Positions 1 to 10,646 of a stretch of 32,000 bases of DNA are shown piece after piece (position 1 is the first letter of the stretch; each line of letters starts with the position of its first letter). This stretch comes from Aquifex aeolicus VF5. Its GTDB lineage: Bacteria > Aquificota > Aquificia > Aquificales > Aquificaceae. The notes below the pieces were generated by a model. It searched no databases. It worked only from the letters and a program-made list of their open reading frames with translations, and had not been told where the DNA came from. The position numbers and the translations under genes are program-made. The DNA lies in the NCBI RefSeq assembly GCF_000008625.1, contig NC_000918.1, positions 900,001 through 932,000 on the forward strand, read 5' to 3'.

Positions 1-2
1 TT

Positions 3-560
3 AAAAAACTCAAAGACCCCAGAATTGAAAAGGCTTACTGGATTATAGGCTGGAGGGTTCCAGCTATTGGAAAGACTGATTACAAAGGGCTTCTGGTTTT
101 CAGTGAAATCCTCTGTGGAGGAAGGATTTCTGTATTCTACAGGGAGCTGAGGGAAAAGGGACTCGTTTACTCGTACTCCTGCGGAGACATGGGTAGACCT
201 AGGGATAATATCTTCATTATAACGGCTACTTTCCCTCCCGAAAACTATGAAAAAGTCAAGAAGAGGGTGTTTGAACTTCTTAAGGAAACTTACGAGAACT
301 TAACCGATGAGCAGGTGGAAGAGGCAAAGAGCAGGATAATAAACTCAAGGCTCTTTGAAGAGGAGAGAGTTGAAAACGATGCCTTTGATATAGGCTACTC
401 CTACACTGTCGTGAGGGATCTGGACTTTTACAGGTTCTTTGATAAGAACCTGAGCAGGGTAAGAAGAGTGGACGTTATGAGGATATTCGAAAGGTACATA
501 AAGGAGGATAAGTACTCGGAAATCCTTATGGTGCCTGAAGATGGAAATAAAGCCGAGTGA
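3..560 (+). CDS. M16 family zinc peptidase / processing protease, C-terminal part (5' end lies outside the window)
   Basis: The frame is open from the window edge (KKLKDPRIEKAYWIIGWRVPAIGKTDYKGLLVFSEILCGG...GLVYSYSCG). It continues into the listed ORF 189-560 and resembles M16 peptidase C-terminal domains. Confidence 0.8.
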   Translation, partial: KKLKDPRIEKAYWIIGWRVPAIGKTDYKGLLVFSEILCGGRISVFYRELREKGLVYSYSCGDMGRPRDNIFIITATFPPENYEKVKKRVFELLKETYENLTDEQVEEAKSRIINSRLFEEERVENDAFDIGYSYTVVRDLDFYRFFDKNLSRVRRVDVMRIFERYIKEDKYSEILMVPEDGNKAE

Positions 561-569
561 TGTAAAGGC

Positions 570-899
570 TCAAACTTCCATCTTCTTTGCGTCCGCCCAT
601 ATCCACTCAAGTCCATAGTACTCCCTAGTTTCGGGCGTGAATATGTGGACTATCGTGTCTATCAAGTCTATTAATATCCAGTGCCCATAATCCTTTCCTT
701 CTATGTGGTCTATTTCTATGCCTCTCTTTTCGAGTTCTTCTTCGAGGTAATCCGCTAAAGCCCTTGCGTGAGTTGTGGAGTTTGCGGTGGCTATAACGAA
801 ATAATCCGCGAGGTTGGTGAGCTTGGAAACGTCAAGTATTACTATGTCTTCCGCTTTTTTGTTCTCAAGAAGTTCCTTTATTAACTTTAGCTTTTCCAT
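570..899 (-). CDS. rsfS: Ribosomal silencing factor RsfS (Iojap/YbeB family)
   Basis: Residues VILDVSKLTNLADYFVIATANSTTHARALAD...GHWILIDLIDTIVHIFTPETREYYGLEWIWADA are characteristic of the RsfS family. Confidence 0.93.
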   Translation of the reverse strand: MEKLKLIKELLENKKAEDIVILDVSKLTNLADYFVIATANSTTHARALADYLEEELEKRGIEIDHIEGKDYGHWILIDLIDTIVHIFTPETREYYGLEWIWADAKKMEV

Positions 900-1807
900 T
901 TTTTCATTAATTTTAGCAGTTCCTTGTAGTAGGCGTTTTCTCCGTAAACTTCCCTGTAACGCTGGAGTGCCCTTTCTGCCTCCTTAAAGGCCTCCTCTTT
1001 AATCTTTTCCCAGCGTTTTACCTCTCCTTCGAGGAACTTTATCCTGTTTTCAATAGCTTTCTTCTCTTCAGGACTTTTAACCTCTTCAAGTTTTTCTTTA
1101 GCCTCCTCTATGAAATCTTCCAGCTTTTCCCTTTCCCTTTTTACCTGCTTTGGCGTGAGGAGGAGATTTTTTATGTACTTGTAGGCGAGCCTCTCTTCGG
1201 AAAAGTACTCGGGGAAGTTTATGAGAACTTCCCTGTACCTAATTGCTGCGTTGTAAGGGTATCCGTACTCCTCGTAAAACTTCGCTATGTAGTACTCGTG
1301 GTAGGCAAGTTTTTTGTTCGCCTCTTCAATTACTTCTTCTACCTTTCTCGTGAACCTGCTGTCAGGATACTTTGCGAGGAATTCCTTGGCCTTCCTTATA
1401 GCTTCAACCGTGTACGTTTGATCCCTGTAAGGGTCTGGGGCTACTTTTACTAGACTGTCAACGAGTATGTAAAATACTTCTTCCGCTTCCTTACTTCCCG
1501 GGTAATTCGCCAGAAAATCTTCCGCGTAAACTACCGCATCTACGTAATCCTTGTCCTTGTATGCTGATTTCACGAGGAGGTACTTCACCTTTTTGATCTG
1601 TTCAGGTGTCAGGTGTTCCAGGTAGTTAAGGGCTTTTTCAAAGTTACTCTTGGCGTCTCCGTAATCTCCCTTCCTATACTCACTCAGTCCCTTTTCGTAG
1701 AATTCTTTTGCGTATCCCGCCCTCCTTGCTTCCGATTTTGGGGCACAGGCGTTTATCAGTAGTAGTCCGAGTAGGAGAGCTGAAAGTAGTCGGAACGTTC
1801 TTCCCAT
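887..1807 (-). CDS. BamD-like / TPR outer-membrane lipoprotein
   Basis: Signal peptide and lipobox (MGRTFRLLSALLLGLLLINAC), then TPR-like repeats (AKEFYEKGLSEYRKGDYGDAKSNFEKAL; YYIAKFYEEYGYPYNAAIRYREVLINFPEYF). The track start at 1828 is TTG; an internal ATG at 1807 gives the cleaner signal peptide. Confidence 0.7.
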   Translation of the reverse strand: MGRTFRLLSALLLGLLLINACAPKSEARRAGYAKEFYEKGLSEYRKGDYGDAKSNFEKALNYLEHLTPEQIKKVKYLLVKSAYKDKDYVDAVVYAEDFLANYPGSKEAEEVFYILVDSLVKVAPDPYRDQTYTVEAIRKAKEFLAKYPDSRFTRKVEEVIEEANKKLAYHEYYIAKFYEEYGYPYNAAIRYREVLINFPEYFSEERLAYKYIKNLLLTPKQVKREREKLEDFIEEAKEKLEEVKSPEEKKAIENRIKFLEGEVKRWEKIKEEAFKEAERALQRYREVYGENAYYKELLKLMKKWKS

Positions 1808-3132
1808 ACCTCTTTTATGGTAATCCAATCCTTCAAATTTTTCTCGTTAATAAATTCTTCTACGGTTTTAGCTACGCTCGGGTGTACTTTAAGAACTATC
1901 TTTTTGCCTCTGGTCTTCTCAAGAGCCTTTTCCAAGGTGTGGAGTATGAACTCTTTACTCTTCACAAAGCCTTTGCCCTGACAGTGGGGACACGTTTCCC
2001 CTATGACTTCGTATATGCTTTCGGATTCCCACTTCTTCGTCATCTCAAGAAGTCCCAGCTTCGTTATTCCGTATATCTTTATCCTGAGACCTTCTCCCTC
2101 AAAGATCTTCTTAACTTCAGAAAGCAAAGATTCCTTTGTCTTTTCCTTTTTCATATCTATGAGATCCACTATTATTATCCCCGAGAGATTTCTGAACTTA
2201 ATCTGCTTTGCCACCTCCTTTAAGGCTTCCAAATTCACGTTGTAAGCCGTTTCCTCAAGGGACTTACCGCAGGTCTCCCCGCTGTTTACGTCTATAGACG
2301 TTAAGGCTTCTGTCTGTTCTATCACTATAAAACCGCCGTTCTTGAGCCAAACGGTTTTCGAAGTGAGTTTATCTATCAATTGATTTAACGTTATTCCTCC
2401 AGGAAGCGTGTCTATCGTGTTCACGTACCTGAGTTTGTGCTTTATGGAGTCTCCGAAAAACTCTACTATCTCTCCCCATACGTCTCCGTTGTCCACGTAA
2501 ATGTTCTTTATAAATCCCCAGTAATCGAGAATAGTTTTTATAAACTGGGGCTGACCCTCTTCCAGAATTCCCTTGTTGACTTTCTTAGCCTTTTCCTTCA
2601 AGCTTTCCCACTTGTTTCTGAGTTCCTGAAGTTCCTTTAAGATTTGTTCCTTCGTTGCGCTTATAGCTGAAGCCCTGATTATTACGCCTTCTCTGTCATT
2701 GAGTTCTTCTTTCAGGATTTTTTTTAAATCCTCCGTGAAGGCAAAGCCTTTGAGTTTCTTTGAAAAGTTGAGTTTCTTCGTCTCGGGGAAGTAAACGATG
2801 TACTTTCCGGGGATTGATACCTTACAGGTTACCTTTGCACCTTTTAGATCCCTTTCCTTCCTCTTTAACTGCACGATCACGCTGTCTCCTATTCTCAAAT
2901 TCTTGCAGTTCTTCTTTTCCTGAAGGAGGGCTTCTTTTGTAAGTCCAACGTCAAGGAAGAAACCGTCAAGGGCGGGACATTCCTTCTTCACAAGTCCCTT
3001 TAAAAAAGCCCCCGTCCTGTACTTTTCCTTTCGCCTCTCTACCTTGAAGTCCTTTAGCTCCGTTCCAAGAAAGACGAGCGTAAAGGCAAAGAAGCTGCTA
3101 GCGGATATAAAGATTTCTACGTCGCCCAGCAC
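1756..3132 (-). CDS. Ribonuclease E/G family endoribonuclease
   Basis: GIIIVDLIDMKKE..., GLLEMTKKW, and the Zn-link-type motif CPHCQGKGFVKS. GTG start at 3132. Confidence 0.93.
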   Translation of the reverse strand: MLGDVEIFISASSFFAFTLVFLGTELKDFKVERRKEKYRTGAFLKGLVKKECPALDGFFLDVGLTKEALLQEKKNCKNLRIGDSVIVQLKRKERDLKGAKVTCKVSIPGKYIVYFPETKKLNFSKKLKGFAFTEDLKKILKEELNDREGVIIRASAISATKEQILKELQELRNKWESLKEKAKKVNKGILEEGQPQFIKTILDYWGFIKNIYVDNGDVWGEIVEFFGDSIKHKLRYVNTIDTLPGGITLNQLIDKLTSKTVWLKNGGFIVIEQTEALTSIDVNSGETCGKSLEETAYNVNLEALKEVAKQIKFRNLSGIIIVDLIDMKKEKTKESLLSEVKKIFEGEGLRIKIYGITKLGLLEMTKKWESESIYEVIGETCPHCQGKGFVKSKEFILHTLEKALEKTRGKKIVLKVHPSVAKTVEEFINEKNLKDWITIKEVWEERSDYFQLSYSDYY

Positions 3133-3160
3133 GCTAAATTATTTTAAACTTTTTAAATCG

Positions 3161-3961
3161 GTGAAAGAGAAAATAGGACTTATAGCTGGAAAGGGAAAAC
3201 TTCCCTTAGAGTTCAAAAAGAGTGCTGTTCAAAAAGGTTATGAAGTCATTACGATAGGTGTTGAGGGGATAACGGACTTCGAGTGCGATTACAAAGTTTC
3301 CTTCGGAAAGGTTGGAAAGCTGATAAAACTCCTTGAAAAGGAAGAGGCGTATTCCCTCGTTATGCTGGGCAAGTTCGAACACAAACTCGCACTGACGGAC
3401 CTTTTTCACTTTGACTTAACGGGAATTCAGATACTCTCAAGAGCAAAAGACAAAAGACCTGAAACCTTGATAAAGACCTTTATGGATTACATGGAAAAGA
3501 GGGGATTTAAATTTATAGACCCGAAGCCTTTCTTGGAAGGTATATTGGCAGAAAAAGGACCTATGACTAAAAAAGAACCGGACAATAAAACCCTTGAGGA
3601 GGCCCTGTGGGCTTTTGAGATTGCAAAGACAATAGCCTCCCTGGACGTGGGGCAAACGATTGTTGTGAAGGATAAGGCTGTCGTGGCCGTAGAGGCCATG
3701 GAGGGAACTCAGGAAACCATAAGGAGGGGAGGAAAAATAGCTGGAAAGGGATGCACGGTTATAAAAGTTGCAAGAAGGAATCAGGACTACAGAATAGACG
3801 TCCCAACGGTGGGGGAGGATACCCTGAGGGTTATGAAGGAAGTAGGGGCAAAAGCCCTCTTTTTGGAGGAGGGAAAGGTGTTTATAGTGGATAAAGAGAA
3901 CTTTTTAAAGGAAGCGGACAGACTGGGTATATGCGTTTACGGAATTCAGAGTAAGGAGTAG
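3161..3961 (+). CDS. lpxI: UDP-2,3-diacylglucosamine pyrophosphatase LpxI (DUF1009)
   Basis: KIGLIAGKGKLPLEFKKSAVQKGYEV...GKFEHKLALTDL...GQTIVVKDKAVVAVEAMEGTQETIRRGG...RIDVPTVGEDTL matches the LpxI family. The first residue of the conserved N-terminus fits a GTG at 3161 rather than the upstream track start 3044, which lies in antisense rne. Confidence 0.88.
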   Translation: MKEKIGLIAGKGKLPLEFKKSAVQKGYEVITIGVEGITDFECDYKVSFGKVGKLIKLLEKEEAYSLVMLGKFEHKLALTDLFHFDLTGIQILSRAKDKRPETLIKTFMDYMEKRGFKFIDPKPFLEGILAEKGPMTKKEPDNKTLEEALWAFEIAKTIASLDVGQTIVVKDKAVVAVEAMEGTQETIRRGGKIAGKGCTVIKVARRNQDYRIDVPTVGEDTLRVMKEVGAKALFLEEGKVFIVDKENFLKEADRLGICVYGIQSKE

Positions 3962-4518
3962 AACTCCCTCACAAAGGCTTCCTCTGCGTCCTCTATCGCT
4001 TTTAGTTTTATAAAGTCCGGTTTTGGTAGCTTCTCGGATTTGTAGCCCTTTTCGTCACAGTAACGCTTGTAAAATCCACCTTTGTAAACTTTAGCGAAGA
4101 GAACTTCTTTACTTTTTGCGTTCATGACGTTAAAGAGTACGTCAGCGGTTGCTTGCCTCTCAACGCAGAAGTACGTAATGTCCATATCCTCTTCTTTCGT
4201 TTTGTATCTTTTCTCTTCGTACCTTAATTTCTTGAGTTCCATACTTATTACTAAATCGGCGTTACTCCCTTCCGTAAGTTGTAACTTTCCCTCCTTTTTC
4301 ATTACCTTGAGTTTTAGCTTTACGTCGGGAGGCGGATTGAGAAGTTTGTCTTTTAGATTTCTAAGTGCCACCTTCTGGATTGCGAGGTTGTGGGAGGGAT
4401 TTCTTACAAGTTCTACCCTTGCCCTTACGGTATCTTTACCTAAAATTTCTCTAAAGGTAGCCTTCTGGGCACAGGAGAGTGTGAGGAGAATTATTAAAAT
4501 TGATAATACCCTTAACAT
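3946..4518 (-). CDS. Predicted lipoprotein of unknown function
   Basis: N-terminal signal and lipobox MLRVLSILIILLTLSCAQ, about 190 aa. No family recognised. Confidence 0.7.
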   Translation of the reverse strand: MLRVLSILIILLTLSCAQKATFREILGKDTVRARVELVRNPSHNLAIQKVALRNLKDKLLNPPPDVKLKLKVMKKEGKLQLTEGSNADLVISMELKKLRYEEKRYKTKEEDMDITYFCVERQATADVLFNVMNAKSKEVLFAKVYKGGFYKRYCDEKGYKSEKLPKPDFIKLKAIEDAEEAFVREFYSLL

Positions 4519-4525
4519 ATCCAAT

Positions 4526-4531
4526 ATTTTA
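4526..4531 (-). promoter_or_regulatory. Candidate -10 element for the 4518-3946 lipoprotein gene
   Basis: TAAAAT on the minus strand, 7 nt upstream of ATG 4518. Confidence 0.45.
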
Positions 4532-4542
4532 TCAGAGAGGAA

Positions 4543-4548
4543 TATAAT
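4543..4548 (+). promoter_or_regulatory. Candidate -10 element for hemA
   Basis: Perfect TATAAT ending 8 nt before ATG 4557, with no closely spaced SD. Confidence 0.5.
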
Positions 4549-4556
4549 TAACCTTG

Positions 4557-5777
4557 ATGGGCGAAATATTCGTGGCGGGTGTAAACTTCAAGGTAGCACC
4601 CGTAGAGGTAAGGGAAAAACTCGCTTGCTCTCTGGAAGAAACTAAAAAGGTCTTACCGATTTTAAAGAGGGAAACTCCATTAGAAGAAGTCATGCTCCTC
4701 TCAACGTGCAACAGGGTTGAGGTTTACGCCTATAATTTCGTGGAAAACTCCGAAGATCTAATAAATAAACTTTTAGAGATAAAAAGGTTAAATCCAAGCT
4801 TTAAAAGGTACTTTTTTGTAAAAAGGGGAGAAGAAGCGGTTTACCACATCTTCAAAGTGGCCTCAAGCCTAGACTCCATGGTTATCGGAGAGCCTCAAAT
4901 AGTCGCCCAGTTTAAGGAAGCGTACAGAGTTGCAAAGGAAGCTGGAACCGTCGGAAAGATTTTAAACAGGGTTTACGAGAAAGCTTTAAGGGCTTCCAAA
5001 AGGGTTAGGACGGAAACGGGAATAAGCAGGAGTGCGGTATCCGTAAGTTACGCGGCTGTAGAACTCGCAAAGAAAATTTTCGGAGACTTGAAGGAGGCAA
5101 AGGTTCTTTTAATCGGTGCAGGCGAGATGGGGGAACTCGCTGCAAACTACCTCAGACGCTTTGGAGCAAAACTCCACATAACAAACAGAACCTACGAAAG
5201 GGCTCTTAAACTCGTCAAGGAACTCAGCGGTAATGTTCTGAGATTTGAAGAACTAAAGGAGTACCTTCCCCTGATGGACATCGTTATCGTCTCAACGGGG
5301 GCAAAAGATTACATACTCAAAAGAGAGGATTTTGAACGCTCCGTAAGGGAAAGGCATTACGAACCTCAGTTCGTTATAGACATAGCCGTCCCGAGAAACG
5401 TTGATCCTGAAGCGGGAAATGTGGAAGGTGTATTCCTTTACGACATAGACGACCTCAAACAGGTAGTGGAAGAAAACTTAAAGGAGAGGATAAAGGAAGC
5501 CCAGAGGGGTGAGATAATCCTCTGGGACGAAGTTAAGAAGTTCATGAACTGGTACGAGTCTTTAAAGGCCGAACCCTACATTCTGGAACTAAAAGCAAGT
5601 GTTGAAGGGAAAGAGGTAAGTCCTTACATTAAAAAATTGGTGCACAGGGCTATTAAGGAAATCAAAAGAAATCCCGAAGTTGCGGATATAATCTTAAGGA
5701 TATTCAAGGAGGTAGAGAAGAATGAACCCAGAAGAAAGGAATTATCCAATGTCTATAACGGAACTCATGGAGCTTGA
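4557..5777 (+). CDS. hemA: Glutamyl-tRNA reductase
   Basis: Motifs VREKLACSLEE, LLSTCNRVEVY, VASSLDSMVIGEPQI, VLLIGAGEMGELAANYL, DIAVPRNVDPE. ATG at 4557 immediately follows the TTG used by the track. Confidence 0.97.
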   Translation: MGEIFVAGVNFKVAPVEVREKLACSLEETKKVLPILKRETPLEEVMLLSTCNRVEVYAYNFVENSEDLINKLLEIKRLNPSFKRYFFVKRGEEAVYHIFKVASSLDSMVIGEPQIVAQFKEAYRVAKEAGTVGKILNRVYEKALRASKRVRTETGISRSAVSVSYAAVELAKKIFGDLKEAKVLLIGAGEMGELAANYLRRFGAKLHITNRTYERALKLVKELSGNVLRFEELKEYLPLMDIVIVSTGAKDYILKREDFERSVRERHYEPQFVIDIAVPRNVDPEAGNVEGVFLYDIDDLKQVVEENLKERIKEAQRGEIILWDEVKKFMNWYESLKAEPYILELKASVEGKEVSPYIKKLVHRAIKEIKRNPEVADIILRIFKEVEKNEPRRKELSNVYNGTHGA

Positions 5778-6017
5778 GTCAGAGTATGCTATAAGGGCGT
5801 ACATACTAATAAAAGCTGATCCGAGGGAAATTCCCTCAATAATGCTTGCCCTTTCCACTTTTGAGGGCGTAAAGACCGCGGACGTGGTGACAGGACCCTA
5901 CGACATAATCGTTTTCGTGGAAGTTCCAAATCAGGACGAACTAGGAAGGCTCGTTATAAACAAGATCCACTCCTTGGAAGGTGTTAAAGAAGCTATAACC
6001 TGCGTAGTTGTAAGGAT

Positions 6018-6021
<4 letters not shown>
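5722..6021 (+). CDS. Stand-alone Lrp/AsnC ligand-binding (RAM) domain protein
   Basis: YAIRAYILIKADPREIPSIMLALSTFEGVKTADVVTGPYDIIVFVEVPNQDELGRLVINKIHSLEGVKEAITCVVV matches the AsnC C-terminal domain, with no HTH. An AAGGAGGT Shine-Dalgarno lies about 7 nt upstream of ATG 5722. Confidence 0.85.
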
Positions 6022-7440
<1,419 letters not shown>

Positions 7441-7489
7441 ACTTAACTTCTTAGGGGCAGAAAATAAAAGTGGAGATAAAAGAAAGGGA

Positions 7490-7924
7490 TTAGGCAAGTT
7501 TTATCTTCTTTTCCTTTTCTACGTGAACCTTGGGTATCCTTATTTCAAGGACTCCATTTTCGTACTTAGCCTCTGCCTTTTCGGGGTCAACTTCTACGGG
7601 CAGGGGTATTACTCTTTCTATAACTCCGTAGAACCTTTCAGCCCTTATAATGTTCTCAGTCTTTTCTTCCTTTTCCTCTTTCCTTTCGGCCCTTACGTGT
7701 ACTGCGTTTTCCTTTACGGTTATTTCTATGTCTTCCTTCTTAACGCCGGGAAGATCCATCTTAATAACTACTTCCTTGTCCGTTTCGTATACTTCAACGG
7801 GAGGAACTAAGGTTTCCTGTTCAGCCCTTCTCGGTACAAATTCTTCCAAGAGTCTTTCAAAATCCCTTCTGAGTCTTTCTACTTCTTCAAAAGGTCTCCA
7901 AACTATCATGCTTCTCCTGTCCAT
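7490..7924 (-). CDS. Small heat shock protein, Hsp20/alpha-crystallin family
   Basis: Alpha-crystallin domain VYETDKEVVIKMDLPGVKKEDIEITVKENAVHVRAER...GVLEIRIPK. An AAAGGAGGTG Shine-Dalgarno precedes the ATG at 7924. Confidence 0.95.
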   Translation of the reverse strand: MDRRSMIVWRPFEEVERLRRDFERLLEEFVPRRAEQETLVPPVEVYETDKEVVIKMDLPGVKKEDIEITVKENAVHVRAERKEEKEEKTENIIRAERFYGVIERVIPLPVEVDPEKAEAKYENGVLEIRIPKVHVEKEKKIKLA

Positions 7925-7984
7925 GGTTCCCACCTCCTTTAACAATTTTTCTTACATTAAACTTAAGTCTATCTTTATAAAATG

Positions 7985-9169
7985 TCAAGACTTAAATCCC
8001 ATACTGATTTCCGTAAGGGGCAGTATTACGCTGAAGGCTATTATCCCGACGGTTATACCTATCACTAGTATTGCTAGAGGTTCAACTAATCTGAGCCAGA
8101 AGCTTATCAGCCTATCCGACTGCTTTTCGTAAACCTGAGCGAGCAAGTTTAAAGTTTTTTCAAGCTCACCGCTCACCTCCCCCGTCTCTACAAGATTCAC
8201 AAAGAGTTCCGGAAGGACGTTTTCCCTTGAGAGGAGTGCGGAAAAACTCTTTCCTTTTTCTACCTCGCTCACCAAACTTTCCAGCTTCTTCCTCAAGTAC
8301 ACGTTGCTTACACTCTTTACCGCTATGGAAAGGGCGGTGCTCAGGGGAACGGAAGCCTCAAGGAGCATGGAAAGAGTTCTCGAAAAACGTGAAAGGTTAA
8401 AGTATAAATTCAATTTTCCGATAACCGGGATTTTCAGCGTTAAGTAATCGAGCCTTTCCCTTGAGAATATCTTTTCCCTGAACTGGAAAATTAAGAGAAT
8501 TAATGGAAGGAGTAATAAGAAAAGAGTCAACACGTCCGAAAAAAGTATCACGAGTTTGGTTATCAGGGGAAGTTCCTTTCCGAAGCCTTCGAGGACTTTT
8601 GCGATCCTAGGGACTACGAACTTGACCGCTACGAAGAGGGAAAGGAAACTGAAAGTAATGACGAAGGCGGGGTACGTTATAGAGGTTATTACCTTGTTCT
8701 TGAACTCCGCTACTTTTTGAAGGTACTCGCCTGCCACCTGAAAGACGTACTCTAAGTTCTCACCTCTCTGGACGCCCGTGAGCATCTCCGTTAAGAACTC
8801 CGGAAAGACTCCTGTTCTCTTGAAGGCTTCCGCGAGGCTGTAGCCTTTTTCTACGTACTCCTTTACCTGGAAAAAAGCGTTCTTGAGGTTTTCGTTCTCG
8901 GTCTGTGAGGACACGAGCTCGAGGGCACGGGTGAGGGGGATGCCCGATGAGAGGAGCAGGGAAAGTTGAATGAGGGAAAAGCCGAGTTCTTCTTCACCGA
9001 CCCTTTTCTTGAAAAACTTAAAACTTAACTTTTTCTTCTCCTCGTGTATGGATATTGGCTTTACTCCTTCGGAAATAAGTTTTTTAAAGGCTTCGACCTC
9101 GTCCCTTGCCCTTACCTTACCGCTTAACTTCCTGCCTTCTTTGTATCCCTCGTAAACGAACTCCTTCAT
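7985..9169 (-). CDS. gspF: Type II secretion / type IV pilus inner-membrane platform protein GspF
   Basis: FSLIQLSLLLSSGIPLTRALELV...FPEFLTEMLTGVQRGENLEYVF...RFSRTLSMLLEASVPLSTALSI, three hydrophobic segments, GspF/PilC family. Confidence 0.93.
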   Translation of the reverse strand: MKEFVYEGYKEGRKLSGKVRARDEVEAFKKLISEGVKPISIHEEKKKLSFKFFKKRVGEEELGFSLIQLSLLLSSGIPLTRALELVSSQTENENLKNAFFQVKEYVEKGYSLAEAFKRTGVFPEFLTEMLTGVQRGENLEYVFQVAGEYLQKVAEFKNKVITSITYPAFVITFSFLSLFVAVKFVVPRIAKVLEGFGKELPLITKLVILFSDVLTLFLLLLPLILLIFQFREKIFSRERLDYLTLKIPVIGKLNLYFNLSRFSRTLSMLLEASVPLSTALSIAVKSVSNVYLRKKLESLVSEVEKGKSFSALLSRENVLPELFVNLVETGEVSGELEKTLNLLAQVYEKQSDRLISFWLRLVEPLAILVIGITVGIIAFSVILPLTEISMGFKS

Positions 9170-10011
9170 CTCAATTCCTTAAAGAGTATCTTATTACCGT
9201 CCCGGTCGTAAACTACGGTAAGGAAAGTCTTAACTCCATGACTTTCCATGCTCATCTCTATCCTGAATACAGAACTCTTCACGTTCGCAAAGTTCTGAAT
9301 TCTGTAAAGAATGTCCAGAGTCATCCCTTCCACCATCAAAAGGTCTTTCAATTGTTTGAAAGGTTTTTCCTTTCTGTAATCCGCAATCCTCTTTGCTAGT
9401 TCCATGTCTATATCCCTGTCCAGAGAGTAAAGAACGAGAAGGGGGGCGGTGTTGATATTTACCTTTCCCTTTGAAAAGACAGTCAGAAACTCAAAGAGTC
9501 CTTCTCTGTCCTCTGCACCGTAAAGATCCTCCTTCTTTTCCCAGAAGAGTTCTATCTCGTAAGTTGAGTCTAAAGGCTTTCCCTTAGGCAGGTAATCCGT
9601 GTTGAGGCTTCCCTCCTCCTGACCCGTCCAGATTAGAATTCGATCGAGGAGTTCCCTGTCCACTTCTAAGTAAGTGATGAGTTTTTCAAAGACCTCGCTC
9701 AATCCCTTGTATTTTGTTATATAGTTCGGGTTCAAGTACCTGTCTTCGTCCACTATCGTTATGGAAACACTTCCTAAGGGTGTCTCAAAGGTGTAGGGTT
9801 TTGCCCAGAGGTCAGAAAGGGCGTCGTAAGAGGTGTCTTCCCTTTTGAGGAGCTCCGTTATCTTCGGAACCAAGGAGTCGAGGATGAGGTACTGCTTTTC
9901 TTTGAGATAAACCTTGTTTACGATTTCCTTTGCACTCTGGACGCTTTCACCGAGATCAGCAGCGTAAAAACTGAGCGTTAAGATAATTCCGAGAACCAGA
10001 ACTAGAATCAT
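9166..10011 (-). CDS. GspK-like minor pseudopilin / general secretion pathway protein K
   Basis: N-terminal hydrophobic helix, VDEDRYLNPNYI, helix-hairpin-like KVNINTAPLLVLYSL...LAKRIADYRKEKPFKQLKDLL, and a 4-nt overlap with gspF. Confidence 0.8.
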   Translation of the reverse strand: MILVLVLGIILTLSFYAADLGESVQSAKEIVNKVYLKEKQYLILDSLVPKITELLKREDTSYDALSDLWAKPYTFETPLGSVSITIVDEDRYLNPNYITKYKGLSEVFEKLITYLEVDRELLDRILIWTGQEEGSLNTDYLPKGKPLDSTYEIELFWEKKEDLYGAEDREGLFEFLTVFSKGKVNINTAPLLVLYSLDRDIDMELAKRIADYRKEKPFKQLKDLLMVEGMTLDILYRIQNFANVKSSVFRIEMSMESHGVKTFLTVVYDRDGNKILFKELR

Positions 10012-10646
10012 TTCATATAAACTCTGAGGTTGTTCAGGGTTCCTTGAACCTTTATCCTCACACCGTTTCCTTTAAACTCTCCGTCCACTTTGCTCATTAA
10101 GAAGTTTTTCCTGTTTAACGTTATCCTCCCCTGCCCCTTTAATTCCATTCCGAGGTACTTTACACTGCCTGTGAAGGTTTGCCCTTTGAAGTTTAAATTG
10201 ATCTCGTCCAGAAGAGCCAGCTCCGTTTTAAATCCCTCCAGCTTTACTCTTCCGTAAATTCCGTCGCTCAGTTCTATCCTTCCATTTACCTTTTTCACAA
10301 AGGGAGTGCAGGAAAAGTCCCTAAATTTTGTCTCAATGCTTCCCAAAAAGCTGTAAGAAATCTCCGAAATTTTTCCTCTGCACAGGATTTTCCCGTTAAC
10401 GGAGAGAAAACCGAGGGATAATTTTGTGTAGTCAAACTCCAATGCTTCCCGATTCTGGAAGTAAACCTTTCCTTTAAAGAGTTCTATACTCATGGAATTT
10501 TCCTTTACCTTCTGTGCGATTAGAAAGATTTTGTTCTGAATCAAAAGTCTGTCGAAGAGCAAAAACTTCGGAAAAGTAGCAAGAGAAAGCAAACCAAAGA
10601 ATATTAATGAAAAAAGAAATAAACCAAAAACCTTAAATATCCTCAT
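10008..10646 (-). CDS. GspN-like type II secretion protein (tentative)
   Basis: One N-terminal TM helix plus a beta-rich periplasmic region, position between gspD and gspK, and overlapping reading frames. The call rests mainly on context. Confidence 0.45.
   Translation of the reverse strand: MRIFKVFGLFLFSLIFFGLLSLATFPKFLLFDRLLIQNKIFLIAQKVKENSMSIELFKGKVYFQNREALEFDYTKLSLGFLSVNGKILCRGKISEISYSFLGSIETKFRDFSCTPFVKKVNGRIELSDGIYGRVKLEGFKTELALLDEINLNFKGQTFTGSVKYLGMELKGQGRITLNRKNFLMSKVDGEFKGNGVRIKVQGTLNNLRVYMK

Noticed and set aside
1708-2223. 171-aa plus-strand ORF antisense to RNase E/G
   Set aside because: It lies entirely opposite a gene with strong family motifs, its composition is Phe/Leu/Tyr-rich as expected of a reverse-complement artefact, and it has no recognisable domain.
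3044-3160. 39-aa N-terminal extension of LpxI in the track
   Set aside because: It overlaps the start of rne on the other strand and lies before the conserved IGLIAGKGKLP beginning at GTG 3161.
7650-8132. 160-aa plus-strand ORF across hsp20 and gspF
   Set aside because: It spans two good minus-strand genes and the 7945-7985 gap. Ser/Thr/Ile-rich artefact.
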